Positions 40,987 to 51,020 of a stretch of 64,000 nucleotides of DNA are shown here, piece by piece. The notes below the pieces were generated by a model, which saw nothing but the letters and a program-made list of their open reading frames with translations, ran no database searches and was not told the DNA's origin. Numbering within the stretch: position 1 is the stretch's first letter; each line of letters begins with the position of its first letter. The translations under genes were made by a program, and so were the position numbers. This DNA comes from a virus, in IMG/VR virus record IMGVR_UViG_3300021963_000049, positions 1 to 64,000 of that record; one strand, written 5' to 3'.

Positions 40987-42226
40987 TTTTCTCTTCTGTT
41001 TGATTAATATTTAATTCTTCTTCAGGGACCCCTGTAGACTCTTCTAATTCTATTAACTCTGACTTAAGCTCATTTCTCTCAATTCTTAGTAATGCAGTTT
41101 CTATATCTTCATCAATAATTTCATGCTCCTGAAAAAGGGTGGCTTCAGAAGCTCCTTCTGGAACAAAGTCTTCTAGATGCTGATAACTATAATTAGTATT
41201 TACTATCTTAAGAGCTTCTTCATTTATAGTAATGGTCTTTACTTTAAAATAAGTTGTGCTACCAGAATCATAAATTTCATCAGAATAATTGGCCATTAGA
41301 ATATTTAGCTTATCAGTATCAAGAACACCCTTGTTTATTAAAGACATTACTATTTCGTCAATACTAGTACTCATATAATTTTTATTCTTACCAAGATAGC
41401 CTAGCAAAGATTTAAAATTAACATGGTTCTTAGTATGACAGTTACTCATTTGGTAATAGTGCTCTTTAAATAACATTTCAATATACAGCAAGCTTTCTAG
41501 ATAATTAGAATTTGCCATAATCTCCATGGCCAAGATATGATTATCATTATCTGAACTCTCAAACATATCAGATAACTGCTCAAACATAGCACCATCTATA
41601 ATAACTGCATCTTGTCCATTAATATGTTTAAGTAATTTGCTTTCATTATATACTTTAATATTTAAAACATGTGGAAAATAGGCCTTGTAGCTATCATTCA
41701 CTTTATAAAAAGAGTTAGAATATTGCAAAGAGCTAACTACTTCTGGAATTTGTCTTGCCCCATAAAATAATTTTGAGTTTCTAATCTCACTAGATGAACT
41801 ATAACTTATAAATATTACATCCTCTTTATAAAATTCCAATGCAGATTCTACATTCTCTGAATAATACTCATCAACATATTCTTTTACAGATTCAAATACT
41901 TGTTTAAATAGCTCTGTTGGCATACTATAATACCAGCTATGATCAGATATTTTATGTACTGTAGATCTACATGCAAAAATATGTGTAGCATCTTCAATAT
42001 ATCTCACAGATTTAATACCATATTCCATGGTTAAATCTTTCAATTTTACTCTTGGTATGTTTACTCCAGGTAAAAAATATAACTTATCTCCCTTGGTAGG
42101 AATATAATCATCATCTGATAATGGTATACCAGAACTAGATGTATCAATAGTACCAAATACTGGTTCTACTTTTATTTGTACATCACTACTATTTGTTTCA
42201 ATTTCAAAATATAAATAGTTCTTCAT
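40958..42226 (-). CDS. Hypothetical protein with a possible BRCT-like segment and an M-x-x-S-x-D-x-D-N motif
   Basis: KLYFLPGVNIPRVKL...GIKSVRYIEDATHIF is BRCT-like; MFESSDNDNHILAMEI; acidic tail. Confidence 0.55.
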   Translation of the reverse strand: MKNYLYFEIETNSSDVQIKVEPVFGTIDTSSSGIPLSDDDYIPTKGDKLYFLPGVNIPRVKLKDLTMEYGIKSVRYIEDATHIFACRSTVHKISDHSWYYSMPTELFKQVFESVKEYVDEYYSENVESALEFYKEDVIFISYSSSSEIRNSKLFYGARQIPEVVSSLQYSNSFYKVNDSYKAYFPHVLNIKVYNESKLLKHINGQDAVIIDGAMFEQLSDMFESSDNDNHILAMEIMANSNYLESLLYIEMLFKEHYYQMSNCHTKNHVNFKSLLGYLGKNKNYMSTSIDEIVMSLINKGVLDTDKLNILMANYSDEIYDSGSTTYFKVKTITINEEALKIVNTNYSYQHLEDFVPEGASEATLFQEHEIIDEDIETALLRIERNELKSELIELEESTGVPEEELNINQTEEKNDTSDFEWF

Positions 42227-42239
42227 AGATTTAATATTA

Positions 42240-42265
42240 ATAGAGGGAGACTTATCCCCCTCTAT
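42240..42265 (-). terminator. Hairpin, possible terminator or processing site
   Basis: ATAGAGGG...CCCTCTAT inverted repeat in the intergenic gap. Confidence 0.45.
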
Positions 42266-42319
42266 GTTTGTTTTAATTAAATTAATGGCTCACTAAAGGG
42301 GAAAATCCTTTATGTTGAT

Positions 42320-43489
42320 TTATTTTACAGCCATCTTCACCACGTCTTGGTTCATCATGAGCTGGCTAAACTTAACCTTATTACCATTGACTATCTCTTT
42401 GATCATATAATATCTCAAGTCATTGGTAAAAGCTTCACAGTCTGTAGTTAGCTTAGCAATTCTATCTATGATAGGCTTAGCTACTGAACCTTTCTCAGCC
42501 AAAGTCAAAGAATAATTTATGACCCTGGTTGCAATTACACTAGATATATCAGCCCGGAACTCATCATCTTTACCAACTGCATTGGTTAAAGAGTTCATTA
42601 CATACTGCTCATCCTTGGTCAAGATATCTTCTGGACTAATAATTCTATCCAGCTTATTGTTAATAAACATGGTAAACATAGAACTAAAATCTACTCCAAC
42701 TGAACCCTCACCAATCATTTGCACAAGAGGCAGGCTATCTTCAAACTTGCCAATAGAACTAATTGCATTGAAGAAAGTAGTAATAGATCTTGGATTAACT
42801 CTTTGATTTACCAGTTCTGGATGCATCAACATGAAGTTAATACATCTACCATCTATGCCAGCTTTCTCTGCCCACTTAGCCCAAACATCAGCATCATACT
42901 TTAACTCAACAGAAATAAATCTAGTCTTCTGAGCTACATCCAGAGAAGTTACATTATAATCACCATTGTCTGGATTAGTAGTCAAGATAACATGCCAGTT
43001 CTTTGGTAGCTTCCAAGAAACATATTCTTGTCTATCTAATATCTCCATAGTAGCTTGCATAAATCTATGGTCTGCCCTAGTATAATCATCAAGAATCAAG
43101 AATCCACCTTCTCCTTTCCCCTGAATCCATTCAGGAGCAGCATGTGACATTCTCTTTCCTATAACTTTATAACCTTTGCTAGTTGCTGCAGTTATCTGAG
43201 ATTCATTAATCCAAGTAGTCTTACCTTCTGCATTTTGTATTTCAAATTCTTTAACAGGAAACCCAACCAAGTCACCTAATTCTTCCAGCTGAGATAAATT
43301 CAGCTTAACTACTTGCATACCAAGTTCTTTACCCAATTGCATGATTGCAGAAGTTTTACCCAAACCAGCATCACCCTCAATATTAATTGCCACAGGAACT
43401 TTACCTTCCTTCTGAATGTGTTGGTTATTATTAACCATGTGCTTAATAAAGTTTTTTAACTCTTCTACATTTAATTGTACTTGATTCAT
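42320..43489 (-). CDS. MoxR-like AAA+ ATPase
   Basis: Walker A GDAGLGKT, GDLVGFP, Walker B ILDDYTRA, TTNP, LDVAQKTRF. Confidence 0.85.
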   Translation of the reverse strand: MNQVQLNVEELKNFIKHMVNNNQHIQKEGKVPVAINIEGDAGLGKTSAIMQLGKELGMQVVKLNLSQLEELGDLVGFPVKEFEIQNAEGKTTWINESQITAATSKGYKVIGKRMSHAAPEWIQGKGEGGFLILDDYTRADHRFMQATMEILDRQEYVSWKLPKNWHVILTTNPDNGDYNVTSLDVAQKTRFISVELKYDADVWAKWAEKAGIDGRCINFMLMHPELVNQRVNPRSITTFFNAISSIGKFEDSLPLVQMIGEGSVGVDFSSMFTMFINNKLDRIISPEDILTKDEQYVMNSLTNAVGKDDEFRADISSVIATRVINYSLTLAEKGSVAKPIIDRIAKLTTDCEAFTNDLRYYMIKEIVNGNKVKFSQLMMNQDVVKMAVK

Positions 43490-43500
43490 TTTTCTTTTTT

Positions 43501-44682
43501 TTATAGTTCTAACTTAATTACTTTGCCTGGTAAACTTTCATTCATATAGGATCTTTCTGATAAGACCCAAAGAACATTGCCTCTTGGCTTTACATCTGCA
43601 GTGCACTCACCATCAGTAAAATATACTAGGCTTGTATATTTTTTCAGGTTTGCATTATAATACTCAAGGACAGGATCAAATTCAGTCCCACCTCTACCAT
43701 TTACATTTATCTCATTCTTGCCTTTATATGGCTCAATAGATTTAATACTAGTATCACATTGTATAATAGTTATATCCACTCCAGCCTTATAAATATGATG
43801 AATCTCATTCATAAATTCTTTAAGTTCATCATTACTTACTGAACCTGAAGTATCTATGGCCAACAACATATGTTGTCTCATCTTAATCTTCAGACCTGGA
43901 TTGTCACTAAATCTGCGGTTCTCTTTTCTTCTGATCTTTTTGGTAAATACTTTTGTACTAATACCAGTAAACCTTCTAATAAAACCTCTCCAGTCAAATT
44001 TAGGCGGAACAATTTCTTCTATTATAATAACCCCTTCTATCTCTCCAGGAATAGTACCCCTTTTCTTTATAGTCTGTTCTTTAGCATCATTAAGAACTTT
44101 CTGTAGTTGTTTCTCTATAAGCTTCTGTTCTGCTTCTGTAAGATTCTCAAACTCTTCCCAGGTGCTATGATCAGGTATATTACCATTCTCTATGTCCTCT
44201 AGAAGTTTATCCATATTAGAGTCACCAGTGGTACCAGTTTTATCCTTTTCATCCTGAAGTTGATTCAGTTTGTCATAATAATATCTAGCACCGGCCTTTC
44301 TATCTAGTTGGATATCAGTATAATTATCTATGTCAATACCACCTTCTGGTAAATATTCTTTATCAATATACTGATTAATCTCCATATCCATAGCCACATT
44401 TGCAAGTCTTTTATTTGTAAACTTAAAAAATGTAGTCAGGTGTCCAAAAGCAATATGAAGTAACTCATGCTTCAATAATCCAAGTCTGTGCTCTTCACTA
44501 AGACTTTCCCAAAACTCCGGATTAATTGCAAGCTGATAGTTAATTCCATTCTTGCTTACACCAGCTGTGGGAACTCTTTTACCATCCCACAACTTATTGA
44601 GCATAATAAGAAAGAACCCATAATAGGGCTCTTTCAACATCAGCTCTTTACTTGTTTTACTAAGACTTTGCTGTTTATCCAT
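43501..44682 (-). CDS. Metallopeptidase plus VWA domain protein (DUF2201 family)
   Basis: HELLH...NVAMDMEINQ; MIDAS motifs IDTSGS, GRGGT, YFTDG. Confidence 0.88.
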   Translation of the reverse strand: MDKQQSLSKTSKELMLKEPYYGFFLIMLNKLWDGKRVPTAGVSKNGINYQLAINPEFWESLSEEHRLGLLKHELLHIAFGHLTTFFKFTNKRLANVAMDMEINQYIDKEYLPEGGIDIDNYTDIQLDRKAGARYYYDKLNQLQDEKDKTGTTGDSNMDKLLEDIENGNIPDHSTWEEFENLTEAEQKLIEKQLQKVLNDAKEQTIKKRGTIPGEIEGVIIIEEIVPPKFDWRGFIRRFTGISTKVFTKKIRRKENRRFSDNPGLKIKMRQHMLLAIDTSGSVSNDELKEFMNEIHHIYKAGVDITIIQCDTSIKSIEPYKGKNEINVNGRGGTEFDPVLEYYNANLKKYTSLVYFTDGECTADVKPRGNVLWVLSERSYMNESLPGKVIKLEL

Positions 44683-45067
44683 TGTCTTTTAGTGTTATGT
44701 TAATCTCAAAACTATCTGTTGGGTACCCAATTTGCTCAAGCATCTTGGTCATATCCCTTACAAAATACTCCATAAATAACTCTATTGAAGTCTTAGAACC
44801 TTTGTTTGCTGTTATCAAACTCAAAGTTGCTGGACTTGTTAAAGGCTTATCAGGCAGTATTTTAACTAATTTCTTATAAATAGGTAAGCAGTTTTTTTCC
44901 CAATATTTAATATCATGACTGCTATATTTGTACATTACAAGGATCTCTCCTACATAATCTTCAAACTTTACATTCTTAAGAGTTTCAAATGCTATGATAT
45001 GGTTATCTGCATCTGAAGACTTAAGCATATTAATCAGATTCTTTGTTTCTTCTTTGTTAAAAATCAT
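44675..45067 (-). CDS. Hypothetical protein with an M-x-x-S-x-D-x-D-N motif
   Basis: 130 aa; NMLKSSDADNHIIAFETL. Confidence 0.65.
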   Translation of the reverse strand: MIFNKEETKNLINMLKSSDADNHIIAFETLKNVKFEDYVGEILVMYKYSSHDIKYWEKNCLPIYKKLVKILPDKPLTSPATLSLITANKGSKTSIELFMEYFVRDMTKMLEQIGYPTDSFEINITLKDNG

Positions 45068-45410
45068 CAGTCTTCAATTTTGTGACCTAATACTTTTGTT
45101 ACATACTCTTTATATTCTGCTCTAGTTAATACATGTAGTCCTTCATATGTTTCACCTGCATCAAATATTTTCTTTACAGCATATAAAACATCAATGGTTT
45201 TCATATACATCTCACCCATAAATGATACCTCTCTATTAAAAAGAGAAGGATCTAATTCTAATGAAGTTATCTTCTTTTCTCCATCTTTTGTTATAGTAAG
45301 TGTCATTACTAATTCTGATTCATCAGGATTTGCTTCATTTGTGAAAACAACTCTAATTTTTTCATTTTTTAATTCAACTTCTTTTACATTTTCCATTAGT
45401 CTTCAATTTT
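45065..45410. repeat. 17-bp direct repeat (16/17 identical) CATyAGTCTTCAATTTT at two successive gene junctions
   Basis: Copies at 45065-45081 and 45394-45410; both genes end in KIED-stop overlapping the next ATG. Confidence 0.8.
45067..45396 (-). CDS. Hypothetical protein flanked by direct repeats
   Basis: 109 aa; translationally coupled at both ends (TAATG / TGATG). Confidence 0.65.
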   Translation of the reverse strand: MENVKEVELKNEKIRVVFTNEANPDESELVMTLTITKDGEKKITSLELDPSLFNREVSFMGEMYMKTIDVLYAVKKIFDAGETYEGLHVLTRAEYKEYVTKVLGHKIED

Positions 45411-45743
45411 AAGTGTTTTAATCATCCATTCTTCAGGTTTGCCAGACTCTAAAGCCTTTACCCATTCTTTTGCACTAGGAATATATCCAAAGCAATCTTC
45501 TTTAACATGCTGTTCACCAATATATCTTGTGTATACAGTTTTTCCTACAGAGTTTACAAAACTAACTCCAAAGACTCTTTCCAATTCAAATATACCTTCA
45601 CTATGGTGTCTAAACATTCTATGTTTACTGTGCCCAATCCAACTTTTAGTTTCATCAAACCACTCATGGTACTTTAAGTACTCTTCAGGTTCTCCACCAA
45701 ATTTCTTAGAAGAGCTTCTACTGTGATCCCAAGGATGTGCCAT
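45396..45743 (-). CDS. DUF6915-like His-rich protein
   Basis: HPWDHSRSS.KKFGG, HEWFDETK, HRMFRHHSEG, GEQHVKED. Confidence 0.7.
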   Translation of the reverse strand: MAHPWDHSRSSSKKFGGEPEEYLKYHEWFDETKSWIGHSKHRMFRHHSEGIFELERVFGVSFVNSVGKTVYTRYIGEQHVKEDCFGYIPSAKEWVKALESGKPEEWMIKTLKIED

Positions 45744-45913
45744 TATATACTATCTAAATAATCTAACATATTACCTCTAGCATTATTAAAGCCTTCTGCT
45801 CTAGCATCATCACATAACTCTTCTACTCTTGTTATTATTTCTTCTTTTAACTCATCTGTTAATGTTTGAAGGTCCAAACCTTCAATCCATTCATTAAATT
45901 CATCTATATTCAT
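45743..45913 (-). CDS. Small acidic hypothetical protein (56 aa); missing from the ORF track
   Basis: MNIDEFNEWIEGLDLQTLTDELKEEII...YLDSI; fills the gap exactly with TAATG coupling at both ends. Confidence 0.7.
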   Translation of the reverse strand: MNIDEFNEWIEGLDLQTLTDELKEEIITRVEELCDDARAEGFNNARGNMLDYLDSI

Positions 45914-46314
45914 TAGTCTGCAGATTTTTCTATTAAACTTCCTTCATGCTGATAATCCTCTGTGTTATAATATCTAACATGATTCTCAATTATATACTTA
46001 CCAGATGGTACACAAATACATAAATCACCAAAACCACCTTCATTATTCCACCAGTCTTCTATATCATCAAGAATTTTATATGCAAAGGTTTCTATTGCTG
46101 CATATGCTTCTTGATCTAAATCTGCAAGACTATTCTCATGACCCCATGATTCAGTTTTATCATCTACATCTTCTGGAGTTTCACAAGGTTCAGCTGTATA
46201 GTTTATTGATTCTATGGCACCGGAGTCTCCTCCACCATCATAATGTATCTTAATACCAGTAACACCAAGGTCAGCCAACTTCAAGAGAAGGCTTGTCATT
46301 TCTAATTCTGTCAT
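45913..46314 (-). CDS. DUF6878-like protein
   Basis: GVTGIKIHYDGGGDSG...DWWNNEGGFG. Confidence 0.65.
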   Translation of the reverse strand: MTELEMTSLLLKLADLGVTGIKIHYDGGGDSGAIESINYTAEPCETPEDVDDKTESWGHENSLADLDQEAYAAIETFAYKILDDIEDWWNNEGGFGDLCICVPSGKYIIENHVRYYNTEDYQHEGSLIEKSAD

Positions 46315-46315
46315 A

Positions 46316-46741
46316 TCATTTTGTTTTATAGAAGCGGCCTAAAATATTTCCATTAAGAAACACTTCTTTCTCAAGCACTTCATATTTGAATTGATGTTTT
46401 ACTTCTTGGTATGTTAACTCCATCTGGGAGTAACATATTCTAAGAATTACTCTGTTAATCACAACACCTGCTTTATGGGCATCTTTTAAGATCTTATTAC
46501 TACTGTAATATCTCATAAAATCAGGTTTAAGCTCTCTTACATATTTCTTTAGTCTTTTGTCTGTTGACATAGCCAAAGCTTTTTTACCAAGAGGTCTTTT
46601 AATATTAGCAAAGAAGTTCTTCTTGCCAATATATGCTACAGACTTACCATCTATGATAGCAGTCATAATATAGATGAACCCTACACCTCCTTCAGGTATA
46701 TCACCTTCAGTAAATTCTTTACCTTGATATATCCAACTCAT
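46316..46741 (-). CDS. Short GIY-YIG family nuclease
   Basis: GFIYIM...AYIGKK, YYSSN, terminal FLNGNI. Confidence 0.7.
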   Translation of the reverse strand: MSWIYQGKEFTEGDIPEGGVGFIYIMTAIIDGKSVAYIGKKNFFANIKRPLGKKALAMSTDKRLKKYVRELKPDFMRYYSSNKILKDAHKAGVVINRVILRICYSQMELTYQEVKHQFKYEVLEKEVFLNGNILGRFYKTK

Positions 46742-47718
46742 AATGCTTGTTTTAATAATGGAAATAATTTATCTCTTACAGCTTCAACACCAAAGTCTTT
46801 TACTGAATCAGATAGATCTTTAGACATATCCAGAATTATTTTATTAATTCCATACTTGTCCTTATATCTATCAGCAGCTTTTATACCTGGTTCATCATTA
46901 TCAAACAGGACAATGATTTTGCTATACTTTGGAAATAACTTATTCATTGTAGTTTCTCCAATCATTGTATTCTCACTATCTGGAGCAATACACTCTATAT
47001 TCCCTATGTTAAGCTTTGTAAAAGCCATAAGATCTTTAAGAGAAGATACAATTAGTAAATACTTTTTCTCATAAGTTAACTGGTCAATACCTTGAGTATA
47101 GTTATGGACTTTAATAAACTTTTTATCTGGATTCTTTGGAAGATAAATCTTAAACAACTCACCATCATCTCTAAAGTAACCATACATGTATGGCTTAGAG
47201 AATCTAAATGAAGTTATAGTACCATCTTCTTCCCGCTTCTCCATTATAAAATAACTAAGTGGAGAAACATTATATTTTTCCAGAATAGAAGACCCAATCT
47301 TATAACTCAACCAATACTTCTGATCTAGATTATTCCAGTGTCTAATTTCATGGTCTACTACTTTAAATTTATCATGAGACTTAATCTCCGGCCTTTCTGC
47401 TGTAGTATTATGTTTTAAATACTCTTCATAGTCAGAAATAACTTTCTTAGCAGCAGCATCTCTATTGGCCATGTTAAACATAAACTTTACCAACTCAATA
47501 CCATCTCCCTGAAAACCAGAGGAAAAATCTTTAAACTTATAAGAGTTACTGTTATCTGTATAGATAAACATAGAAGGAACTTTGTCCTTAGAATTAAATA
47601 CAGATAGTATTTTTACATTTTGACCAGTAAGATTTTCTTTTAAACCTAAATAATATTCAAATATCCAAGTGCTTGGAACATCAAATATATTACTTACATA
47701 AATTCTAGTAGAAATCAT
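46738..47718 (-). CDS. DNA primase (Toprim)
   Basis: N-terminal SVF...DKVPSM...FKDFSSG..GD; SSLKD; LFDNDEPG; KDLSD. Confidence 0.85.
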   Translation of the reverse strand: MISTRIYVSNIFDVPSTWIFEYYLGLKENLTGQNVKILSVFNSKDKVPSMFIYTDNSNSYKFKDFSSGFQGDGIELVKFMFNMANRDAAAKKVISDYEEYLKHNTTAERPEIKSHDKFKVVDHEIRHWNNLDQKYWLSYKIGSSILEKYNVSPLSYFIMEKREEDGTITSFRFSKPYMYGYFRDDGELFKIYLPKNPDKKFIKVHNYTQGIDQLTYEKKYLLIVSSLKDLMAFTKLNIGNIECIAPDSENTMIGETTMNKLFPKYSKIIVLFDNDEPGIKAADRYKDKYGINKIILDMSKDLSDSVKDFGVEAVRDKLFPLLKQAL

Positions 47719-47736
47719 AACACCTAAATTAAAATA

Positions 47737-47769
47737 TTAAGGGGGAAACTTTTCTGATTCCCCCTTAAC
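47737..47769 (-). terminator. Hairpin, possible terminator
   Basis: TTAAGGGGGAA...TTCCCCCTTAA perfect 11-bp inverted repeat after the SSB stop. Confidence 0.6.
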
Positions 47770-47774
47770 TATCA

Positions 47775-48458
47775 CTAGTCTAGGTCAAAATCAGAACCAA
47801 CTTTCTTTGGAAGTGATAAATCATCATCCTCCCCAAACTGTTTAACTTCAGTTACTTCAGCTTTCTTAAGGTGTGTAGCCTCAACATAAGTAACTACTTT
47901 ATCAGAACCTTTTTCAGCAAAAGCATATTTCCCTTTATCAGATTTTGGTAAATACATGTCATAGTTTGTATAACCAGTCTTGCTAATATATTCTTTACCA
48001 GCCACACAGAATTCTATATATTTATCTTTAAAAGGAGCAGATCTATTAAATTCTTTTATAAGATCTTCAATAGTATCATGAACATTATCTTGCTCAATAA
48101 ACCAATCATTTATTCCAAGAGTCTTACACAAGTTCTGCATAAAGATCATAATAGATCTATCTCTCTGAATTTTAATTCCAGATTTAGTCTCACCATCAGC
48201 AAATGCATATTGGCTAGCTTTTACTCTACCAATCTGACCTGCATAATGTCCAGCATCAGGATTATCTTTATCAAGCATAAAACCTTCAAATCCATCAATT
48301 GGTTCTGTTTCCACATTAAGAATTAAATGTAGAGCTCCAGGTATAAACTGATATTCTTCTAGTTGTATGCTATTAATTTTTAATGCATGGTTTCCTGGTG
48401 AAATTGTTTTTGGTAATCCTGAGCCTCCTGTGCCCAAATCTGTTGTACTTAAACCCAT
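47775..48458 (-). CDS. Putative single-stranded DNA-binding protein
   Basis: Lies between the Sak4-like ATPase and primase; beta-rich; acidic aromatic tail (DDDL...DFDLD). Confidence 0.55.
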   Translation of the reverse strand: MGLSTTDLGTGGSGLPKTISPGNHALKINSIQLEEYQFIPGALHLILNVETEPIDGFEGFMLDKDNPDAGHYAGQIGRVKASQYAFADGETKSGIKIQRDRSIMIFMQNLCKTLGINDWFIEQDNVHDTIEDLIKEFNRSAPFKDKYIEFCVAGKEYISKTGYTNYDMYLPKSDKGKYAFAEKGSDKVVTYVEATHLKKAEVTEVKQFGEDDDLSLPKKVGSDFDLD

Positions 48459-48476
48459 TTTTTTACTTTTTAATTA

Positions 48477-49196
48477 TTATATAAACACTTTGTCCCAACT
48501 GGTTGTTAGAACATTATCTACCATTTCAGATACTACTATCTCTTCATTTCTCAAATGCTCTGGTCTTGCACCACAGGTAACTTCTTCATTAGTTTTAAAA
48601 CTAAGAATAGTTTTGTTTCCCTTGCGGTACATGTAGCCAATTGCATCTGCATTTGCACAGATCAAAGATCTTATTTTACCTGTCAAATCTATATTAGCAG
48701 ACATTACAAGTTCACCTTTATCATCAACTTGTTTGTCTTTAATATGCCCTGATAAAATAATTGTGGGTGCTAATGTATCAATAAAATCCAATACCTGAAA
48801 AAATGCTTGCCTAATATATAAATATCCGGCACCATTAGGTAAGGTTACTACAGTATCCCCATCAAAGTTTTTACCCATTGGAGTTTGACGGTAAAGTTTT
48901 ATAGCTAAAGGCATTATCATTTCTTCTAATGCAGTTACAGTATCTACTGTAATAAACTTATAAGGTTTACCAGCTTCTTTAATAGCTTTACCAACATCTA
49001 GTAATTCTTGAAGACTTCCAATTTTAACCTTCAATGCATCCACATATTCAGTACCATTTTCTAAATCAAGAATCAGATTGTTGTCTAGACCAGCAAATGC
49101 TGTTGTCTTACCAGTTTTTGGCTTAGAATAAATCACAATTCTTTTAGGATTTACTCTTTCTGCCTTTACTTTACTTGTTGGAAGAACTATACTCAT
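48477..49196 (-). CDS. AAA_24 / Sak4-like ATPase (ssDNA annealing)
   Basis: YSKPKTGKTT, ILDLENG, TVDTVT, LSGH, ADAIGY. Confidence 0.8.
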   Translation of the reverse strand: MSIVLPTSKVKAERVNPKRIVIYSKPKTGKTTAFAGLDNNLILDLENGTEYVDALKVKIGSLQELLDVGKAIKEAGKPYKFITVDTVTALEEMIMPLAIKLYRQTPMGKNFDGDTVVTLPNGAGYLYIRQAFFQVLDFIDTLAPTIILSGHIKDKQVDDKGELVMSANIDLTGKIRSLICANADAIGYMYRKGNKTILSFKTNEEVTCGARPEHLRNEEIVVSEMVDNVLTTSWDKVFI

Positions 49197-49837
49197 ATTT
49201 CACTTTTTGTTTGTTTGATTAACTCATTCAACCAAGGTCTTGTACTTACTGGCTTAATTAGCATAATAGCTGCAAGATCCCGGATTGTAATCTCAGACAA
49301 AGGAGCATCTTCAGCATCTAAACTAGGAGCTTCTACTTCTGTTTTAGGAGCAAACTGTTCTTCAAAGTCTGGAAAAACTGAAAGTTTATTCTGTAATTTA
49401 GGCAACTCAGCTTCTTTTTCAGCTTTTCTTTTCTCATAAAGATTATAAGTTATCTCACTTCCATCAGTCATAATAGCTGTAAGCTCACTTACTGGAACTG
49501 TAAAGGAAGAATAGGGATCACCTTTTGCACTTATACCTTCTTTCTTTTCATACTCTTCCTGAAAATAAGGATTGTACTTGTACTTAAATAACTGCCTATC
49601 CTCTAACATAGGTACTACATCTTTAACACCATTAACTTCTATGTTATCATAGAACTCAACATAAAGATCTTCACCCTTTGCAAGCTCAGACTCAAAGAAT
49701 AATACTTGTCTTCCAAACTTACCTTTTTGATAAAATGCAGTTTTAATTAGAAAACAAGGATCTGCAAGTCCCAACTTTCTAAAAGTTTCCATGTGTTGTA
49801 CAAAGAAATCTTTTTCTTTTTCTTTTCTCATTGTCAT
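49193..49837 (-). CDS. Hypothetical protein in the replication module
   Basis: 214-aa ORF coupled to its neighbours. Confidence 0.7.
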   Translation of the reverse strand: MTMRKEKEKDFFVQHMETFRKLGLADPCFLIKTAFYQKGKFGRQVLFFESELAKGEDLYVEFYDNIEVNGVKDVVPMLEDRQLFKYKYNPYFQEEYEKKEGISAKGDPYSSFTVPVSELTAIMTDGSEITYNLYEKRKAEKEAELPKLQNKLSVFPDFEEQFAPKTEVEAPSLDAEDAPLSEITIRDLAAIMLIKPVSTRPWLNELIKQTKSEI

Positions 49838-49840
49838 AAT

Positions 49841-50836
49841 TTAAATTTTAATTTTTGTACCTGCTTGTGCTGGTGGGTCAATTTCTATAATTCTCATTGT
49901 ATCTCTGTCCAACTTGAAAAAACTAATTCTGGTGGTGCCATTTCTTGACTTCAGAAAGTGAAATACTAAAATGTCCTCATCATGAATAATAAATTTTTCA
50001 GGGCCATAGTGTCTAATCTTCCTTATAGAAGGTTTGTTAATACCCATAACCACATCAGCATGCTGTAATAAAGCATCAGAACCATATATATCAGAATCTA
50101 ATACATAATTACCATATTCACCATCTCTTGATCTTTCTGGAGCATCAATATTTCTATTTAATTGGCTTAGGACTAAAAAGGCCACGGGATAGTGCTTCTT
50201 CATGTGAGTCAATGCTTCACCTAATGCACCTAACATATCAAATTTATCCTTTTGCCCTTTAGCCAACCTAAATAATGCAGAGTGATCTATAGTTACAAGC
50301 ATGTTAGTATACTTTCCATCTTTCTTGTGTTTCTCCATTTGATAATGGATAGTTGCACACATTTCATCTACTGTACATGCATCATAAACCACATCCACAA
50401 AATCTGTTGCTTCAGTTTTTTGATAATAATCTACACATTTCTGGAAGATTGTCTTATCAACAAGCTGGTTCTTACTCATTAATGTATTGTAATCAGCACC
50501 TGTAATCAGACTAAATTTTCTTATTCCACTGGTTTCATCAACCATTTCCATTTGGAACTTAAGTATTCTATATTCTTGATCAGTATTTAGTTCTATAATA
50601 TCACTAATTAACTGCTCCATGAATAAAGTCTTACCAGTTCCTGGTCTAGCACCTACTACAGTGATAGTTCTCCATTCTAATCCATCACAAAAGGCATCAT
50701 TAAATTTTGGCCAGACACTTTTGAGTACTTTTAACTCACCGTTTCTTTTTGCTTTCATCTTTAAGAGTCCCTTCTTTAGAGCATCTCTTTCACTGACCGG
50801 TAGTAAAGGTCTAGCATTATTAAATAATTCTGCCAT
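49841..50836 (-). CDS. dnaB: Replicative helicase, DnaB C-terminal domain only
   Basis: GARPGTGKT, FQMEM, IDH, LSQLNR, SDIYGSDALLQHADVV, KSRNG. Confidence 0.9.
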   Translation of the reverse strand: MAELFNNARPLLPVSERDALKKGLLKMKAKRNGELKVLKSVWPKFNDAFCDGLEWRTITVVGARPGTGKTLFMEQLISDIIELNTDQEYRILKFQMEMVDETSGIRKFSLITGADYNTLMSKNQLVDKTIFQKCVDYYQKTEATDFVDVVYDACTVDEMCATIHYQMEKHKKDGKYTNMLVTIDHSALFRLAKGQKDKFDMLGALGEALTHMKKHYPVAFLVLSQLNRNIDAPERSRDGEYGNYVLDSDIYGSDALLQHADVVMGINKPSIRKIRHYGPEKFIIHDEDILVFHFLKSRNGTTRISFFKLDRDTMRIIEIDPPAQAGTKIKI

Positions 50837-50837
50837 A

Positions 50838-51020
50838 TTATTCTGGATTTACATTATTAATTCTTTCCTTACCTATATTATATATCTCATGAAATATTGA
50901 AATAACAAGTTCAATTACTATAAATTGCCATAGTGCCATATTTACAATAAAAAGATCAGTTATGTAATAGCCCAAGAGAGTACCAATAATAGCAAGAAAG
51001 AGTAGTCTTACTCTTGTCAT
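50838..51020 (-). CDS. Small membrane protein
   Basis: 60 aa with two hydrophobic segments. Confidence 0.6.
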   Translation of the reverse strand: MTRVRLLFLAIIGTLLGYYITDLFIVNMALWQFIVIELVISIFHEIYNIGKERINNVNPE

